Notes under the pieces: generated by a model
What the model was told of the DNA's origin: nothing
Database searches by the model: none
What the model saw: only the letters and a program-made list of their open reading frames with translations
Program-made: the position numbers and the translations under genes
Assembly: GCF_006345805.1 (NCBI RefSeq)
Contig: NC_043012.1
Location: 50,344,001 to 50,408,000, forward strand
Length of the DNA: 64,000 bases
Reading direction: 5' to 3'
From: Octopus sinensis
Taxonomy: Eukaryota
Shown here: in pieces, positions 1 through 12,922 of the stretch
Layout of the letters: every line of letters starts with the position of its first letter
Numbering within the stretch: the first letter of the stretch is position 1

Positions 1-199
1 GGATCGAGCCAAGCACCCAGACGTTTACTGGTCTGTCACTCCACAACCTAACAACGCCGTCTGATAGTATGCACCTGACTCTCCTGTACTCCTGAAATCC
101 TACCGCCCTGATCAGTTATCAAGTGTCACCTTAGTCTGCTGGCTGTGAACAACAGCCACTTACCAACATACCCAGCAAAATAAGTTCTGAGTTTTCATA

Positions 200-257
<58 letters not shown>

Positions 258-296
258 TAGTAGTAGTAGTAGCGGTAGTTGTAGTAGTAGTAGTAA
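200..296. repeat. (TAG)n microsatellite
   Basis: Direct reading of the sequence. Confidence 0.97.
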
Positions 297-310
297 CAAT
301 AATAATAATA

Positions 311-445
311 GGAATTGACATGAGAGTAGAGCAAGCCCAAGAAACTGCTCTGCTCTCATGTAAGACCTCTAACATCAGGCTGTTGTCCACTTTCACAGAG
401 TCTACCAGAACAAACTAGACTGAGCGAACTGATAAATCAACAACG
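311..445 (+). mobile_element. 5'-truncated 3' end of a second RLE-type (R4/Dong-like) LINE
   Basis: Translates as GIDMRVEQAQETALL, resembling the conserved RLE-LINE C-terminus (..QK(T/S)ALLGTARILR..). A short UTR and a (TAA)n tail follow, and (TAA)n precedes it. Confidence 0.65.
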
Positions 446-488
<43 letters not shown>

Positions 489-520
489 TAATAATAATAA
501 TAATGATAATAATAATAATA
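446..520. repeat. (TAA)n microsatellite, 5' target of the Dong-like element
   Basis: Direct reading of the sequence. Confidence 0.97.
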
Positions 521-3500
521 TGGTTCATCTGGAAGCGGGTCCTATGGTTAATCTGGAAGCGCGTCCCCCAGGGAAGAGACAGCCTGGGATCGAAAAGTCA
601 TCAACTGGCACAAACTCTTCTCCGAATACGGACATGGATGGTCACTTGAACGGGAAATTCCCCAACTCGAGCCCTCCAAGTTCACCACCACAGCCACCAC
701 AGAAAGAAAAATGTAAGCGGAACAAATGGACCCGAGAAGAGTATAAAGAAGTAATATACGCTTATTACTATGCATTAGGTAGGCCATCTCAAGAGAGACA
801 CACCGCAAACTCTTACAGTATATGGAGAACACGGAATCAAGACAGTAGGCCCTATTTCGACGAGAGCAAATTGGCAAATGTGAGGAGGGATATCCTTAGA
901 AATAACAGACTCACAGACAGTGAAATAAGCGCGATCAAGCACGCAACGGAAAATGACATAAATATAAGACACAAAATAAATGAAGAATCAGATGAACAGA
1001 ATAGCCCGCCACGAGGCTTAATTGAAACACTGCCATCTGACCAAAGCACGCAAAGGCCTGAAGATACAAGAAATTCTATTGAACCTGTTAAAAATAGTCA
1101 GGAAAATGATAAAACAACAGTAACTGAAGATCTCGCATTTGCTGAAGAACACAGAGTGTCTATGGCAGAAATGAGGCAGAATATCCTGAATACGCTTGAA
1201 GTTGTAAGACATACAAGTATGAATGATAGAGAACCACTTCATACACTCTCAAATACAAACCAAAATAAAAAAAAAACAAATCCAAATTGGCAACTATATA
1301 ACAAATGAAATAATACAAGAATTAAAACCTGATTTTACTGAGTTAAATGAAATTATTTACGCTTCTGCTAGGGCAATTGAAACCAGCTGTATGCCCCAAA
1401 CCTGGGAAGAAATCAAACCTGGAGAAGTAAAATTGAAAAAGAGATTGAATTTATGAGAGGGGAAATATCAATATTAAATGAACTAATATGCGGAAATGAT
1501 GTAAGATCCAGAACAGGAAGAAAGATGAAGAGAAAATTTGGATCCTCACCAAGAGAAGAACTGATATCAATAAAAGAAACGCTGAAACAAAAAGTCCAAG
1601 CAAAAGCTCAAAGAATACGAAGATTTGAGAAGAGAAACAAGTTTTACATGCAAAATAAGCTGTTCACATCCAATGCCAAAAAATTCTACAGAGAAATAGG
1701 GAAGGAGAAAGTAACCGTTAAAGACCCCCCTCCCATGGAAGAAGTTCAAAACTTTTGGGAAAGGATTTGGAGTGACGAGAAGACGTACAACATAAATGCA
1801 GACTGGATTATACAAACAGAAGGATCCTACCAAAATTTACAACAACAAGCATGGGAAGACATCACAATAGCAGACCTAAGAAAAGCACTCACGAAGGCCC
1901 ATAACTGGAAATCCCCCGGTAAAGATAGGGTGCCGAATTTCTGACTCGCATTGCTCCCATACGCACACGGTAAGCTAGTTCAGCTGCTCAATGGAATTAT
2001 GAGAGACCCAAAGAAAACACCTGAATGGTTAGCAAGTGGTATTACTTACCTACTTCCAAAGAATAACGAAACCAAGCTTCCAAAAAACTATCAGCCTATA
2101 ACCTGTTTATCCACCACGTATAAAATCCTAACATCTATCCTGGCGGAGAAAACATGCATTCATGGAGAAGAACGATATCTTCCCCATTTAACGAAAAGGG
2201 TGCCGCCGAGGCCCATACGGATGCAAAGATCAACTGCTAATTAATCGTATGATCTTTCAGAACTGTCACAACAAGCGCAGAAATCTCAGCTCCGCATGGA
2301 TTGACTATAAAAAGGCCTTCGACAGTATACCGCATTCATGGATCTTGAAATCGCTGGACATCTTCAAAATTTCCCCCGTGATTTCAAGCTTCCTGAAGCA
2401 TAATATGTCGTTGTGGAATACGAATCTCCAATTATACTACTCTAATGGAGTACTTGCCTCAGAGAATATAAACATCAACTGTGGCATTTTTAATATTCTG
2501 CATAGCCCTAATACCCCTTACAAGTGAATTAAACAGAACAGGGTATGGGTATAAAGTTGACAATAAAAAAATCAGCCATTTATTTGATATGGATGACTTA
2601 AAACTCTATGGTAAAGACGATACTGAACTTGAACTTGCACACTGTGAAAGCATTCAGTGATGACATTGGGACGGAGTTTGGGCTTGAGAAGTGTGCCAAG
2701 GCCACTTTTCAGAAAGGGAAAGTAAAGACCACAAATTCATTCGTGTTAGATGTTGACAGAGTCATAAGAGAGCTTGAGCAAGAACAAACCTACAAATATT
2801 TAGGGATAAATGAAGGCTCTGGTATTCAGCATGCAAGCGTGAAAGAGAAAATCGGGAAGGAATGTTATAGGAGAGTTCGAGCAGTCCTGAAAACTGAACT
2901 AAATGCACGTAACAAGGTGTTAGCTATAAATTCCTTAGCAATTCCAGTTGTTACTTATAGCTACAATGTGTGAAGTAAAGAAAATAGATAGGAAAATACG
3001 CAAGCTGCTAAGTTGTAATAGGATGCACCACCCAAAGGCAGACGTAGATCGCCTTTACCTCCCCAGAGCCCAAGGAGGTCGAGGCCTGATCCAATTTGAA
3101 CTAGCTTACAAAACAACTACAATTGGACTGGCCAAATATCTTGAAATAACGAATGACTGGATGCTAAAGCTCGTGGAAAATCACGAGAGACGAAAGAAGC
3201 TTCATTCTATCATAAAGGAAAGCAAAAATTTGCTATTGATCTCGTGCAGGATACCCAAACTGAATAACCCGAGGGAAGTACGGCAAGTATTGTTGTAAAG
3301 GTGAAAATAAAGGCAACGATAAAAGCGCACGAGCAATTGGCTGATAGGTGGGATGAGAAACCTCTGCACGGCAAATATGTGGCCCGTAGCAAACAAGCTG
3401 ATGTTGACCAGAAGCAAACCCATCAGTGGATACGGAGCTCAGGGCTAAAAGCCGAGAGCGAAGGTTTCATCCTGACTGCTCAAGATCAAAGCCTATTAAC

Positions 3501-4113
3501 CGGGAACTACCAGGCCAATGTGATGAAAAATAGAGAAGACCCAAAATGCCGATTCTGCAACGACATGATTGAAACAATGGACCACCTAATCTTTGAATGT
3601 AAAGTCTTAGCACCAGTGGAGAATAAATTAAGATATGACAGAGTTGGCCAATATCTACACTGGCTAATAAGTCGGCATTACAATATCAAAACTGCCGACA
3701 AGTGGTATAATCACCACCCTGAAGCTGTAGCTGAAGGAGAAAATGTAATGATTCTGTGGGACTTTCTAGTACATACAGACCGAACCATCAAAGCCAATAA
3801 ACCGGATATTGTTGTGAATGACCAAAACAATAAAGTTTGCTTATTGATCGACATGAGCATCCCCTGTGATCATAATATCTCGGCGAAAGAGTTTGACAAG
3901 CTCAGAAAATATAAAGACCTGCTCATTGAAATTGAGAAAATGTGGCATCTCAAGGCGGTTACAATACCAGTGATCGTAGGAGCACTAGGAATGATCAAGA
4001 AGGGAACCGAAAATTATATGATAATTATCCCTGGCTTACCATCCCTGTAAGAAGTGCAAAATATTGTCTTAACTGGTACATCACACATATTGAGAAGTGC
4101 ATGGTCGATGTGA
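520..4113 (+). pseudogene. Disrupted single ORF of the R4/Dong-like element
   Basis: Multiple frameshifts and stops. The RT QGDSLSP motif is deleted near 2487 (INCGIF runs straight into the FCIALIPL-like sequence), the YMDD motif reads DMDD, and a TAA at 4048-4050 precedes the terminal EVQNIVLTGTSHILRSAWSM*. Confidence 0.9.
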
Positions 4114-4292
4114 GAACTATTACTACCCATGTATTTAAATTTAACTTTATTTCTATCAAAAATAAAAAAATGAACGAACTAGTGAGTTTAGTTTAATGGC
4201 CTACCAATGTATACTATGAGTTTCTTTGCCCTAGAGTCGGGAGACACTCGGCAAGAAATGGAAGCAAACTTGAAAGAAGAAGAAAAACCCAT
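520..4292 (+). mobile_element. R4/Dong-clade non-LTR retrotransposon (RT + RLE), near full length, inactivated, inserted in (TAA)n
   Basis: Consecutive ORF pieces carry RT motifs (WKSPGKDRVPNF, GITYLLPK..PKNYQPITCLSTTYKILT, WIDYKKAFDSIPHSWI, SHLFDMDDLKLY, FGLEKCA). They are followed by a CCHC knuckle (CRFCNDMIETMDHLIFEC) and an RLE core (ILWDF..KPDIVV..CLLIDMSIP..KE..K.KYKDL). (TAA)n flanks both ends. Confidence 0.93.
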
Positions 4293-4293
4293 A

Positions 4294-4295
<2 letters not shown>

Positions 4296-4353
<58 letters not shown>

Positions 4354-4375
4354 AAAAAAACAACAACAACAACAA
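4296..4375. repeat. (TAA)n/(CAA)n microsatellite, 3' tail/target of the Dong-like element
   Basis: Direct reading of the sequence. Confidence 0.97.
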
Positions 4376-4725
4376 GAGCACCAAGAGAGCGCAAACTTCC
4401 GCCAAGGTAAAACCAACACCCGCTCTTTGATTAACCAGAGTGGATCTTTGAAATGAGAATATCCGAAATAAACTGGACTGCTCTCAGAAATGAGAATACT
4501 AAAAATTAACCTGACCGCTCTCAAAAATTAAGTAGAAATCTGGAAAAATAATCCAGAGTCCTTGTCCGGTATTGGATCGATCCCAAAATCTAATCCGTTC
4601 GTGCCAGTCACGTGGCTAAACATCCCTGAAAATTTCATACGAATTCAATCAGCAGTTCTTGAGATATCTTGTCCACAGACAGACAAACACAACTGAAATA
4701 ATACCTCCACCATAGCAAAAGCGGA

Positions 4726-4730
<5 letters not shown>
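4374..4730 (-). mobile_element. Non-autonomous Helentron-associated (HINE/DINE-1-like) element
   Basis: 5' hairpin TACCTCCAC/GCGGAGGTA (4702-4729), a CTGT microsatellite-like core, a matching subterminal repeat ACTTCCGCCAAGG (4395-4407), a 3' GC-rich stem-loop (4376-4392), T-rich insertion sites and no TSD. Confidence 0.65.
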
Positions 4731-4788
<58 letters not shown>

Positions 4789-5694
4789 GATGATGATGAT
4801 GATTATGTTCATGACGGCAAGAAATTCAGATCGATTTCGGTGAAAGTAAGATATAGTCTATAAGTATATACATCGAAATGTCTGGTCATTTATAGTTTGT
4901 ATATTTTTTATGACTTCGTTGCAGTGAGGTGTGCGTAGAAACAGATCGGAATGTTAATAACTTAGGTGAGCTAGTGTAACAACGAACATCAATCACAAGT
5001 AATCCATTACCCACAGTTCAATAAGACTTGTCATCAAGCTGGCTATCATAAACAGGAAAATGAATACTCATCAACAATAACGACTACAACAGACAAAACA
5101 GATTCAACAAATATGAAACACCAACATAATGTTTGCTAGAGTGTTTACAGCAGAACGATACTGACACAACTTCACAAAACCAAAGCTCATGGCCGTGAAT
5201 ATATGCGCAGCACGCAGACACTCACATTTATACTGACACGTATTACGTATAGTGGCAGCGAATTTTCTGAAAGGGCAATTTCAAAACTAACACACGAATC
5301 AACTGAGATGTGAACCATTCAAGCAAATGTACACTAGTTCACCGATAGAAAAATGGAAAATAGAAATGTTCAAATAACATGTCATCTATTCTTGTAAATA
5401 ATCGAAATATTCTGTGCTCATATTTTTATGAAAATAATATAGGTAATTGCAATATACAATAAGACGTATTTTGATGCACGTATACAGACATGCAGAGAAA
5501 ATTCACACAAATTTGTTTGATAAATAACATTTTCCGTAACATCGTTCCAGCCCACTAAAATTGGGTTGGCAGAAACTGTATAGAAGAGTGACGGATGGAT
5601 TATACGTGTCATTCAAATGTAATAATTGTGCCAGGCCGAATTCTTTATTATTATTTTTTTTTTTTTCTTTATTATTATTATTATTGTTATTGTT

Positions 5695-5727
<33 letters not shown>

Positions 5728-8404
5728 ATTTTCATTTTTCTTTTTTCTGAAAATTCTGTTTTTAACGTACAGATGCCGGTGAAACGTTCATTTAGGAATT
5801 CGCAATGTATTTGATCGAAAAAAAATTAATCTTCATCTCCAAAACCGACCGAGAAACTTACGCACAGAAACACACACGCACACACACAAACACACAAATG
5901 GAAATCCACATACATATACATCATATATCTATGTATTACGCACAGGAATATTTTCAGAAAAGAATTAATAGCACATTGATGAGGAATTTGAAAAAAACAC
6001 ATTGATGCGGAATCTGCATATGAAAATTATTGATATTAGTTATATCATTGTTAGTTATTAGTTATATCATTGTTAGTTATATTACAAATATCATTATATG
6101 TCACAACTAATATTCTACAAAAAAGGAATTCCCAAATTCTTAAATGAAGTTAATATACATTAAATAAGAGAAGTAATTCTTACACTCATAATTCATGGTA
6201 TAATCTTCAATAGTTTATGATAATTTTTTTTTTTCGAAAGAACGTTAATTAATATTTTAAAAGAATGAACGGAATACCTATGTAGTTATATTTAATACAG
6301 TCGTAGAAACTGAACAGATTAAAGATAGAGATAGTATTTCAGATATTAAAATCACGTTTTAGATATGAGTGGAAACATATACTTTCGATTGTTTCAATGA
6401 ATAAATAACGATATAATTTCATTAACAAGGCATCAATAAAGATTTTAATTATAAAGATTTTAATTTATAAAGGTTTTAATTACTAGTGTAATTGTGTATG
6501 AAAAAATAAAATCTGAGAATTAGTTTACATTTTAAAAGGATATAGATATATATATGCCCTGTATTTAAAATATTTGAGGTTGAGTAATGTCATATGTGTA
6601 GCTTAAATTCTATAAAATATCAAAATGTTCAATAAATTTGAAGATTTTAAGATATAGTATGAAATAATGATGTTCAGAACAACTTAATTTATATATGCAA
6701 AGGAGAATAATGAAGAATTACAACAAAAAAAAGGTCTAAATATTCAACAAAACCTAATTTTCAAATATGAATAAGTATAATCTCATGGAATGCTTATGAA
6801 GTACTCTGTGCAAAGAATATTTAGGAACGTCGCACAATTTCCTTTAATAAATATGATTTGGAGTTTCATGAGATCATTACGAAGACTTCTTCTTTTTTTT
6901 TTTGCAAGTTTATTATTCTTAAATACGATGTATAAAAGAAGATTACAATAGTTTTCTGTGTTTGGTGTAAACGAAACTTTTGAACTTGTCGAAATTTCTA
7001 TAGGAATTGTTTCAATAATTTTACTTGTCAATCACAATAAAAGCACAAATTATAGTTTGAAAATATCCCTTGCGTCAGAAAATCATATTTGTTAACGGCC
7101 ACAAGATTAGATATAATAATTCAAACTGACCGTCATTTAAAAAATAATGAAAAACATACAAGAATTCAGCGAGATCTGAACTAAGAGCAAGCTGTATCTG
7201 AAAAGCTACTTCAGAACAACAATGCTAATTCACTCACACAAACACGCACACGCATGCACGCATACACACACTCATACCCATTTATTTATGTAGCTGCATA
7301 AATATATTTTTGTATATTACGATACATAGATGGTAATAAGTATATTAGAGTTAGCACTGGTATGTGAATGGCGCTAGACATGTATTATTGATGAAGGACC
7401 ACGAGAGGTAAAGGCGATAGGCGTGAAGGAGTGAGAGTATGAACAGGAAGGAATTTGAACAATAAAGAAAACGAGAGGGGAATGGAATGACAGAGAAAGG
7501 CAGAATAAGAGAGAAAGGACAAGACTATGTGATGTGCAAGTTTGTGATTGCCCTCTTGTGTGCTTGTCTGTCAGTGTGCTTGAAGATGACTGACAGCGAA
7601 AGGAATATATGATGTATGGTGATCAGAACTGCAATATAAACACACACAACACACACAAACACACACGCGCGCATGTTTATAAGTGTATACGTGTATTTTT
7701 AGGTGTGTGTGTTATTGTTACTCGTATGTGTTTATAGATACGAAAATATGTGCAGGAACATTTATAATCCGCGCATTGTTGTACGCACTAAATTGTAAGA
7801 AACGTGTACGTTGTACAACACTATTCGTTTGTTATTAAATTGTTATCATTTCTTCTACATTATTCATAAATTTATCAGCCTACATCAGATTTCGAAGTTT
7901 GTATATTTAAATGTAAACTATTTTAAGTGAAGAGCACTATCTAATTCTATTTTAAGTGACAGAATCTAATTCTATTTCTCCTATATAATATGTCACGAGT
8001 GAAAATTTGTCATGTAAATTGTTAAATAAAGTAGGAAAATTAATCAGAAATATTTCGTAGATGAATCATCACCGTACGTCTTTAAAATATATTTAAATTT
8101 CAACATACATGTGATAAAACGAAGTGCATAAAATAAAAACAAAACAAGAAGAAAAGTTATTTCTGACATTGATTCAATATTCGGAAGATTTTTCATCACC
8201 AAAGACTTAACTGATAGAACTGATGATATATCATCAACGATTGTTCCAGCCATGATGCTTTCTTATTTTATATCAAGTTTTATGTTGTAATATAGGGCTT
8301 TGTGTTTTTAAGAATTTATACTGCGAGATGAGATGTTATGCTATGATTAACAGGGTCATCTATAGCATAATAATTCACGCTTCATACAATTTATAATACA
8401 TACA

Positions 8405-8438
<34 letters not shown>

Positions 8439-8478
8439 CATACATACATACACACACACACACACCACACACACACAC

Positions 8479-8555
<77 letters not shown>

Positions 8556-8557
<2 letters not shown>

Positions 8558-8864
8558 ATTTATTATAATTATGAGTATAATTATAATTAGGGTTAGGCAA
8601 AAACTTTGCTTCACCACACACCGAACTTTGGAAATAGCAGCCAAAGTACTTAGCTCTTTCTTCTACTGTAAGAAACAACTCCCAGACAATATATACTCAA
8701 AAACAATTCACGTAGGCAGAGAGGCAAAACAACGAAATTCACTCGGCATTTGATTAACTTTGGACGCGTTTCCGAAGCAGATAGATATGAAAAATGAAAG
8801 GATTACATTTCCATTCTAATCAATTAACCTTAATTATAATTATACTCATAATTATAATAAATAT
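8556..8864. repeat. 34-bp perfect inverted repeat pair (8556-8589 / 8831-8864) around about 240 bp; MITE-like or fold-back element
   Basis: ATATTTATTATAATTATGAGTATAATTATAATTA is the exact reverse complement of 8831-8864. Confidence 0.75.
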
Positions 8865-8964
8865 TGTTTAAGTTTACCGATAATGGTCTTTTTAACATAC
8901 CGAATACTACTTGGTGGAATTATTAATTACTAATTAATTAATTAATTTTACCCTTTATTATTAT

Positions 8965-9011
<47 letters not shown>

Positions 9012-9362
9012 ATGTATATATATATATTTATGTCTGTGTGTGTGTGTGTGTGTGTGTATGAATATATGAAATACAATTTCACGAGAAAGAACATATTACA
9101 AGATTATTTGCAGTCGAATTATAATCATAATAGAAGAAAAAGGCTGATCTTGGTGATTGTAGCATTTCAGACTCGCATATAACATAGTAAATGTGATCTC
9201 AACTTATAAATATACTTGTAATAGACATTTACGAAATCATAATAGCCCTCAGTATATCAATCTAAAAATACGACACAATATTCCAAGTAGCAACAATTGT
9301 TTACTATGAATATTCAAATAGTCTTCGCCTTTAGCTACGTCTCTATTGCTCTGCTACACACA

Positions 9363-9393
<31 letters not shown>

Positions 9394-9587
9394 CACACAC
9401 ACACACATAACACACACACACACATATATATTTATATATATATATATATGTATATGCATATGTATGTATGTATATATATATATATATATATATATTAATA
9501 TTTATATATATTTATATAAATATATAAATATATATAGATATGCATATATATATAAGCATTCGTATGTGCATACACACACACACACAC

Positions 9588-9619
<32 letters not shown>

Positions 9620-11538
9620 ATATATATATATATATACGCACATATATATGCATATATGCATATATAGAGAGAAATGAGTGATATATGTGTTTGTATGTTA
9701 ATATATAAAGGTTCATATGCATGTATACATACATACGCACGTACAAACACATATATCTGTAATATGTTAAATATATATTTAGTCGCGTAGAGAGAATATA
9801 AACTGTGAATAAATCACAGGATCTCCGACAGATGAAAGTGCGGAATCTGACAACTAATTTTATCTTTCTTCAGACTCATTCAGAGTCGCTTGCTTTCCAT
9901 CTCAATTTTCACAGCAGCAAACAATGTATCTTGTTTATGAAAAGCGTAAACCATCAGAGATGTAAAATTATCTATATGTTCGATGGCCAGGATTTATTAA
10001 GAAATATACCAAGAGTGATGAGAATAAATGCGTATAGAGAAAAAAATATATACAATGTTGTTAACTGTCATATATTAATGTTGTTATGAAAGTATATTTT
10101 CTTTTTTTAACCGGAAATTATTTGATTTCAATATACGCATTTCTTTATAAAGACGTTATTTTTCTGAATTTGCTCGCCAATCCCAGCCATGAAACTTATT
10201 AGCACAGACGCTGGCATGCACACATCTAAATGTGTATAAATGTGCGTTTGTACATGGGCATATGTCTATGACTCTATCTATATAACTATATCTGTCTATA
10301 TCCAAGTATTTTTTCATATATTTAAATCTATACATAAGTTTATATCTCTTCATCTATCTATCTGTCCACCTATCTTTCTATATGTATGTGTGTATATATA
10401 CATATGTAGATGCGCACACAGAAACATATACATATCTTCTTATCACCATTTAACATAAATATTGATACCTTACAGAATGTATTAAATGACATAAACATAT
10501 TCATTTATCTTCCCAAATTATTTTCGCGGTTTTCTCAGTATGAGATAAATCTACAGACAGACAGACGAACAATATGAATTATCTAAACCCAACCTCAAAG
10601 AATACGTTAGCCAATTGACAGCAGTAAATTTTCGAACACGTTGCCGGTTTGAAACAGATTTTAAGAATACCATTGCTGGTGTGTAGCAGAGCAAAACCTA
10701 ACGATGATATAAATGTAAAGGAAAACGGCGATACGAAACTGACATGGAATAAACAAGATATTTGATAAATGTCTCGGGGAATGTGTATATTGAATGTTCT
10801 TTAGTTCGTTTTAAGGTCGCAAGGGAACACAGTCTTCATACTTGGATGTTCTAGTTCTTTTGTGTTGTTCCAGTTTATATCCAGTGTCTGATATATTTAG
10901 TTGGGTTATACATTGCATGACAACCTTAGACTGTGTGTTAACGTGTTGGATATGGTTGCTGCGATTTGCTAATGTGAGAGTGCATGTATGTGGCTGTATG
11001 TATAAGTATGTATGTATACATTTAAACAAGCAATAGAAAGATAGTGGACAGATATATAGATATATTTGTAGAGAGAAAGACAGGCATTAAGATAGATAGA
11101 TAGATAGAACCAAAATATCCATGCATACTGACGCGCGCACTCGCGGCTTCTTTCACACATGAATGAAAACTGAAAATTCTCGTTACTTCGTATAATTATT
11201 TATTACTATTGTCACCCGTTAATGTTTCACGGTATTATTAGCAAACCTATTGGGTTATTCATGACAACTTTACCTAAACACTCTGGAAATGTAGCCTGTG
11301 TTGTGTCTGTATCAAAAGATGGTCGCTTATCTTTCATCCACTGAACACATAAGCAGAAAAAAATTCGCTTTGAAATCCATATGGTCACAATTTCATATCT
11401 AGAAAGCAAAAAAAAATTGCAATTAAAAAATTATTTTATTTGTAAAATATAGGGGGTCACAATTTTACGGGGTTAAAGATTTAGTACAACATGGTATACT
11501 CTGAAAGCCACATCGTTTGTAACTTATAAGCTAAGGCG

Positions 11539-11615
11539 ATGGATCAGACTAAATACACATTTGAATTTGCGTACAACTTTCAGTCCAATTCTTCTTTGCA
11601 GACTATGTTCTCCGT
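11539..11615 (+). CDS. Speculative first coding exon (MDQTKYTFEFAYNFQSNSSLQTMFS)
   Basis: ATG, an open frame and a consensus GTAAGT donor at 11616. No homology recognised. Confidence 0.15.
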
Positions 11616-12133
11616 GTAAGTTCTCCCTCTTTTTTCCCTTCTCTGTGAGTGTTGATAACTTTAACGCACACGTCAGATAATTTGCGAGCCCTTGCCAATG
11701 CAACCTATAGTTGGCCATGGTCGAATACATGTTCGGACCAGAACAACACCACTTTATCAAATGTCTGCCCTTGTGATTTATTGATAGTCATTTCATATAA
11801 CAAACGAACGGGAAACCGGTTTCTTTCTCAGTTGACTGGCAAGTTCGGGATGCGCATGCGTTATGTGATAGGTGATATTAAAAACTTAGACCAATTAAAA
11901 ATATATATATATTTTACTATGCACTCACGATCGCTGCCACCATCTCTCTCTTTCTCTCTCACTCCTCTCTCTCACTCTCTCCGTCTTTTTCTCTCCCTCT
12001 TTTTCTTTCTCTCTTCTTTTCTATCTCACTCTTCAGCTAAAGAACGTAACGATATGCAGGAGTATGATGAGATATCCAGTTGGTGGGAGCTTTCTGTCGG
12101 CATTATGATATAAATTGTTATATCATGCATGTC

Positions 12134-12181
<48 letters not shown>

Positions 12182-12540
12182 GTGAGAGAGCAGTGCATGC
12201 CATCAAAGTGACACGGGTAAAATATACGAAGCCCATCATGACTACCCGTCTGGTAAGGGTACACCAGGCACATGATTCACAACCGTGTGTGCAACATCTT
12301 GATCTCATATCAAGATAAACAGCACATGACCTTGCAGGTGGAGTCCAGTTAGAATTTGCTTCAGGTCGAGTGGCCCATCCCGCTCAAAAAGTCTAGGTTT
12401 AAGTGTTGTTTAAGGATGTTGAACAAAACACAAGTTTCCGAAGGTGAATTATCCAAATCCCAAAGAATTCCTCTCAACGCATGGCTATGATGCTCCCGCA
12501 CTATTTCTGCTGGTGATCAGAGATGCACATATCGTCACTC
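12134..12540 (-). mobile_element. Probable 3' UTR of a non-LTR retrotransposon ending in a (TAA)n tail
   Basis: Non-coding, higher-GC segment abutting (ATT)n at 12134-12180, which reads as a (TAA)n tail on the minus strand. No ORF motif was recognised. Confidence 0.45.
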
Positions 12541-12720
12541 ACTTGACAGAGAACACCACTTGGAATACGAAAGCTAAAAGAAGCAGCACATATACTAGGA
12601 CGCAACAACCTCCTAAGTAGACCGAGTGCAGATATGAACAGCACATGGGAACCGGTATTAAGGAAGGATAGGGAAATATTAGATTTATAAGCACCAAAAT
12701 TCACTCTATAATTGCCTACT

Positions 12721-12795
12721 GGTATATGGAGTAGTGGTTAAGAGCGCAGGCTACTAACCCCAAGATTCCGAGATCGATTCCAGGCAATGACCTGG
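12721..12795 (+). ncRNA. tRNA-like (Pol III A/B box) segment within the PLE 3' module; not a functional tRNA gene
   Basis: A box TGGAGTAGTGG (12727-12737), anticodon-like loop CTACTAA (12751-12757), B-box-like GAGATCGATTCC (12770-12781). No proper acceptor stem. Confidence 0.6.
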
Positions 12796-12875
12796 ATAAT
12801 AATAATAATAATAATAACAACAACAACAACAACAAAACAACATGTACAAATACTTTAAGAATGAGAACTTCCCCA

Positions 12876-12922
12876 ATATATCTGATGAAAGCTGGAGGGT
12901 ATATTTGCCGAAACGTTGTGTT
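12876..12922 (+). ncRNA. Minimal type I hammerhead ribozyme motif (family A), partly decayed stems
   Basis: CTGATGA at 12882-12888, GAAAC-GTT at 12910-12917. Stem II is degenerate relative to the GGCTG/CAGCC of the other copies. Confidence 0.6.

Noticed and set aside
560-625. Possible HDV-like ribozyme at the 5' end of the Dong-like element (CCCAGG/CCTGGG stem, loop GAAGAG able to pair with CTCTTC at 615-620)
   Set aside because: Only a simple pseudoknot is possible; there is no room for P3/L3 and no G-start P1, so the HDV fold is not supported.
8760-8790. GAAAC-GC-GTC hammerhead half on the minus strand
   Set aside because: There is no upstream CTGANGA.
11262-11345. WD40-like peptide KHSGNVACVVSVSKDGRL
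   Set aside because: Followed quickly by a stop, has no splice support, and lies in repeat-like sequence.
12721-12795. Functional tRNA gene
   Set aside because: No intact acceptor stem, and it is embedded in a repeated mobile module; the same applies to all SINE heads.
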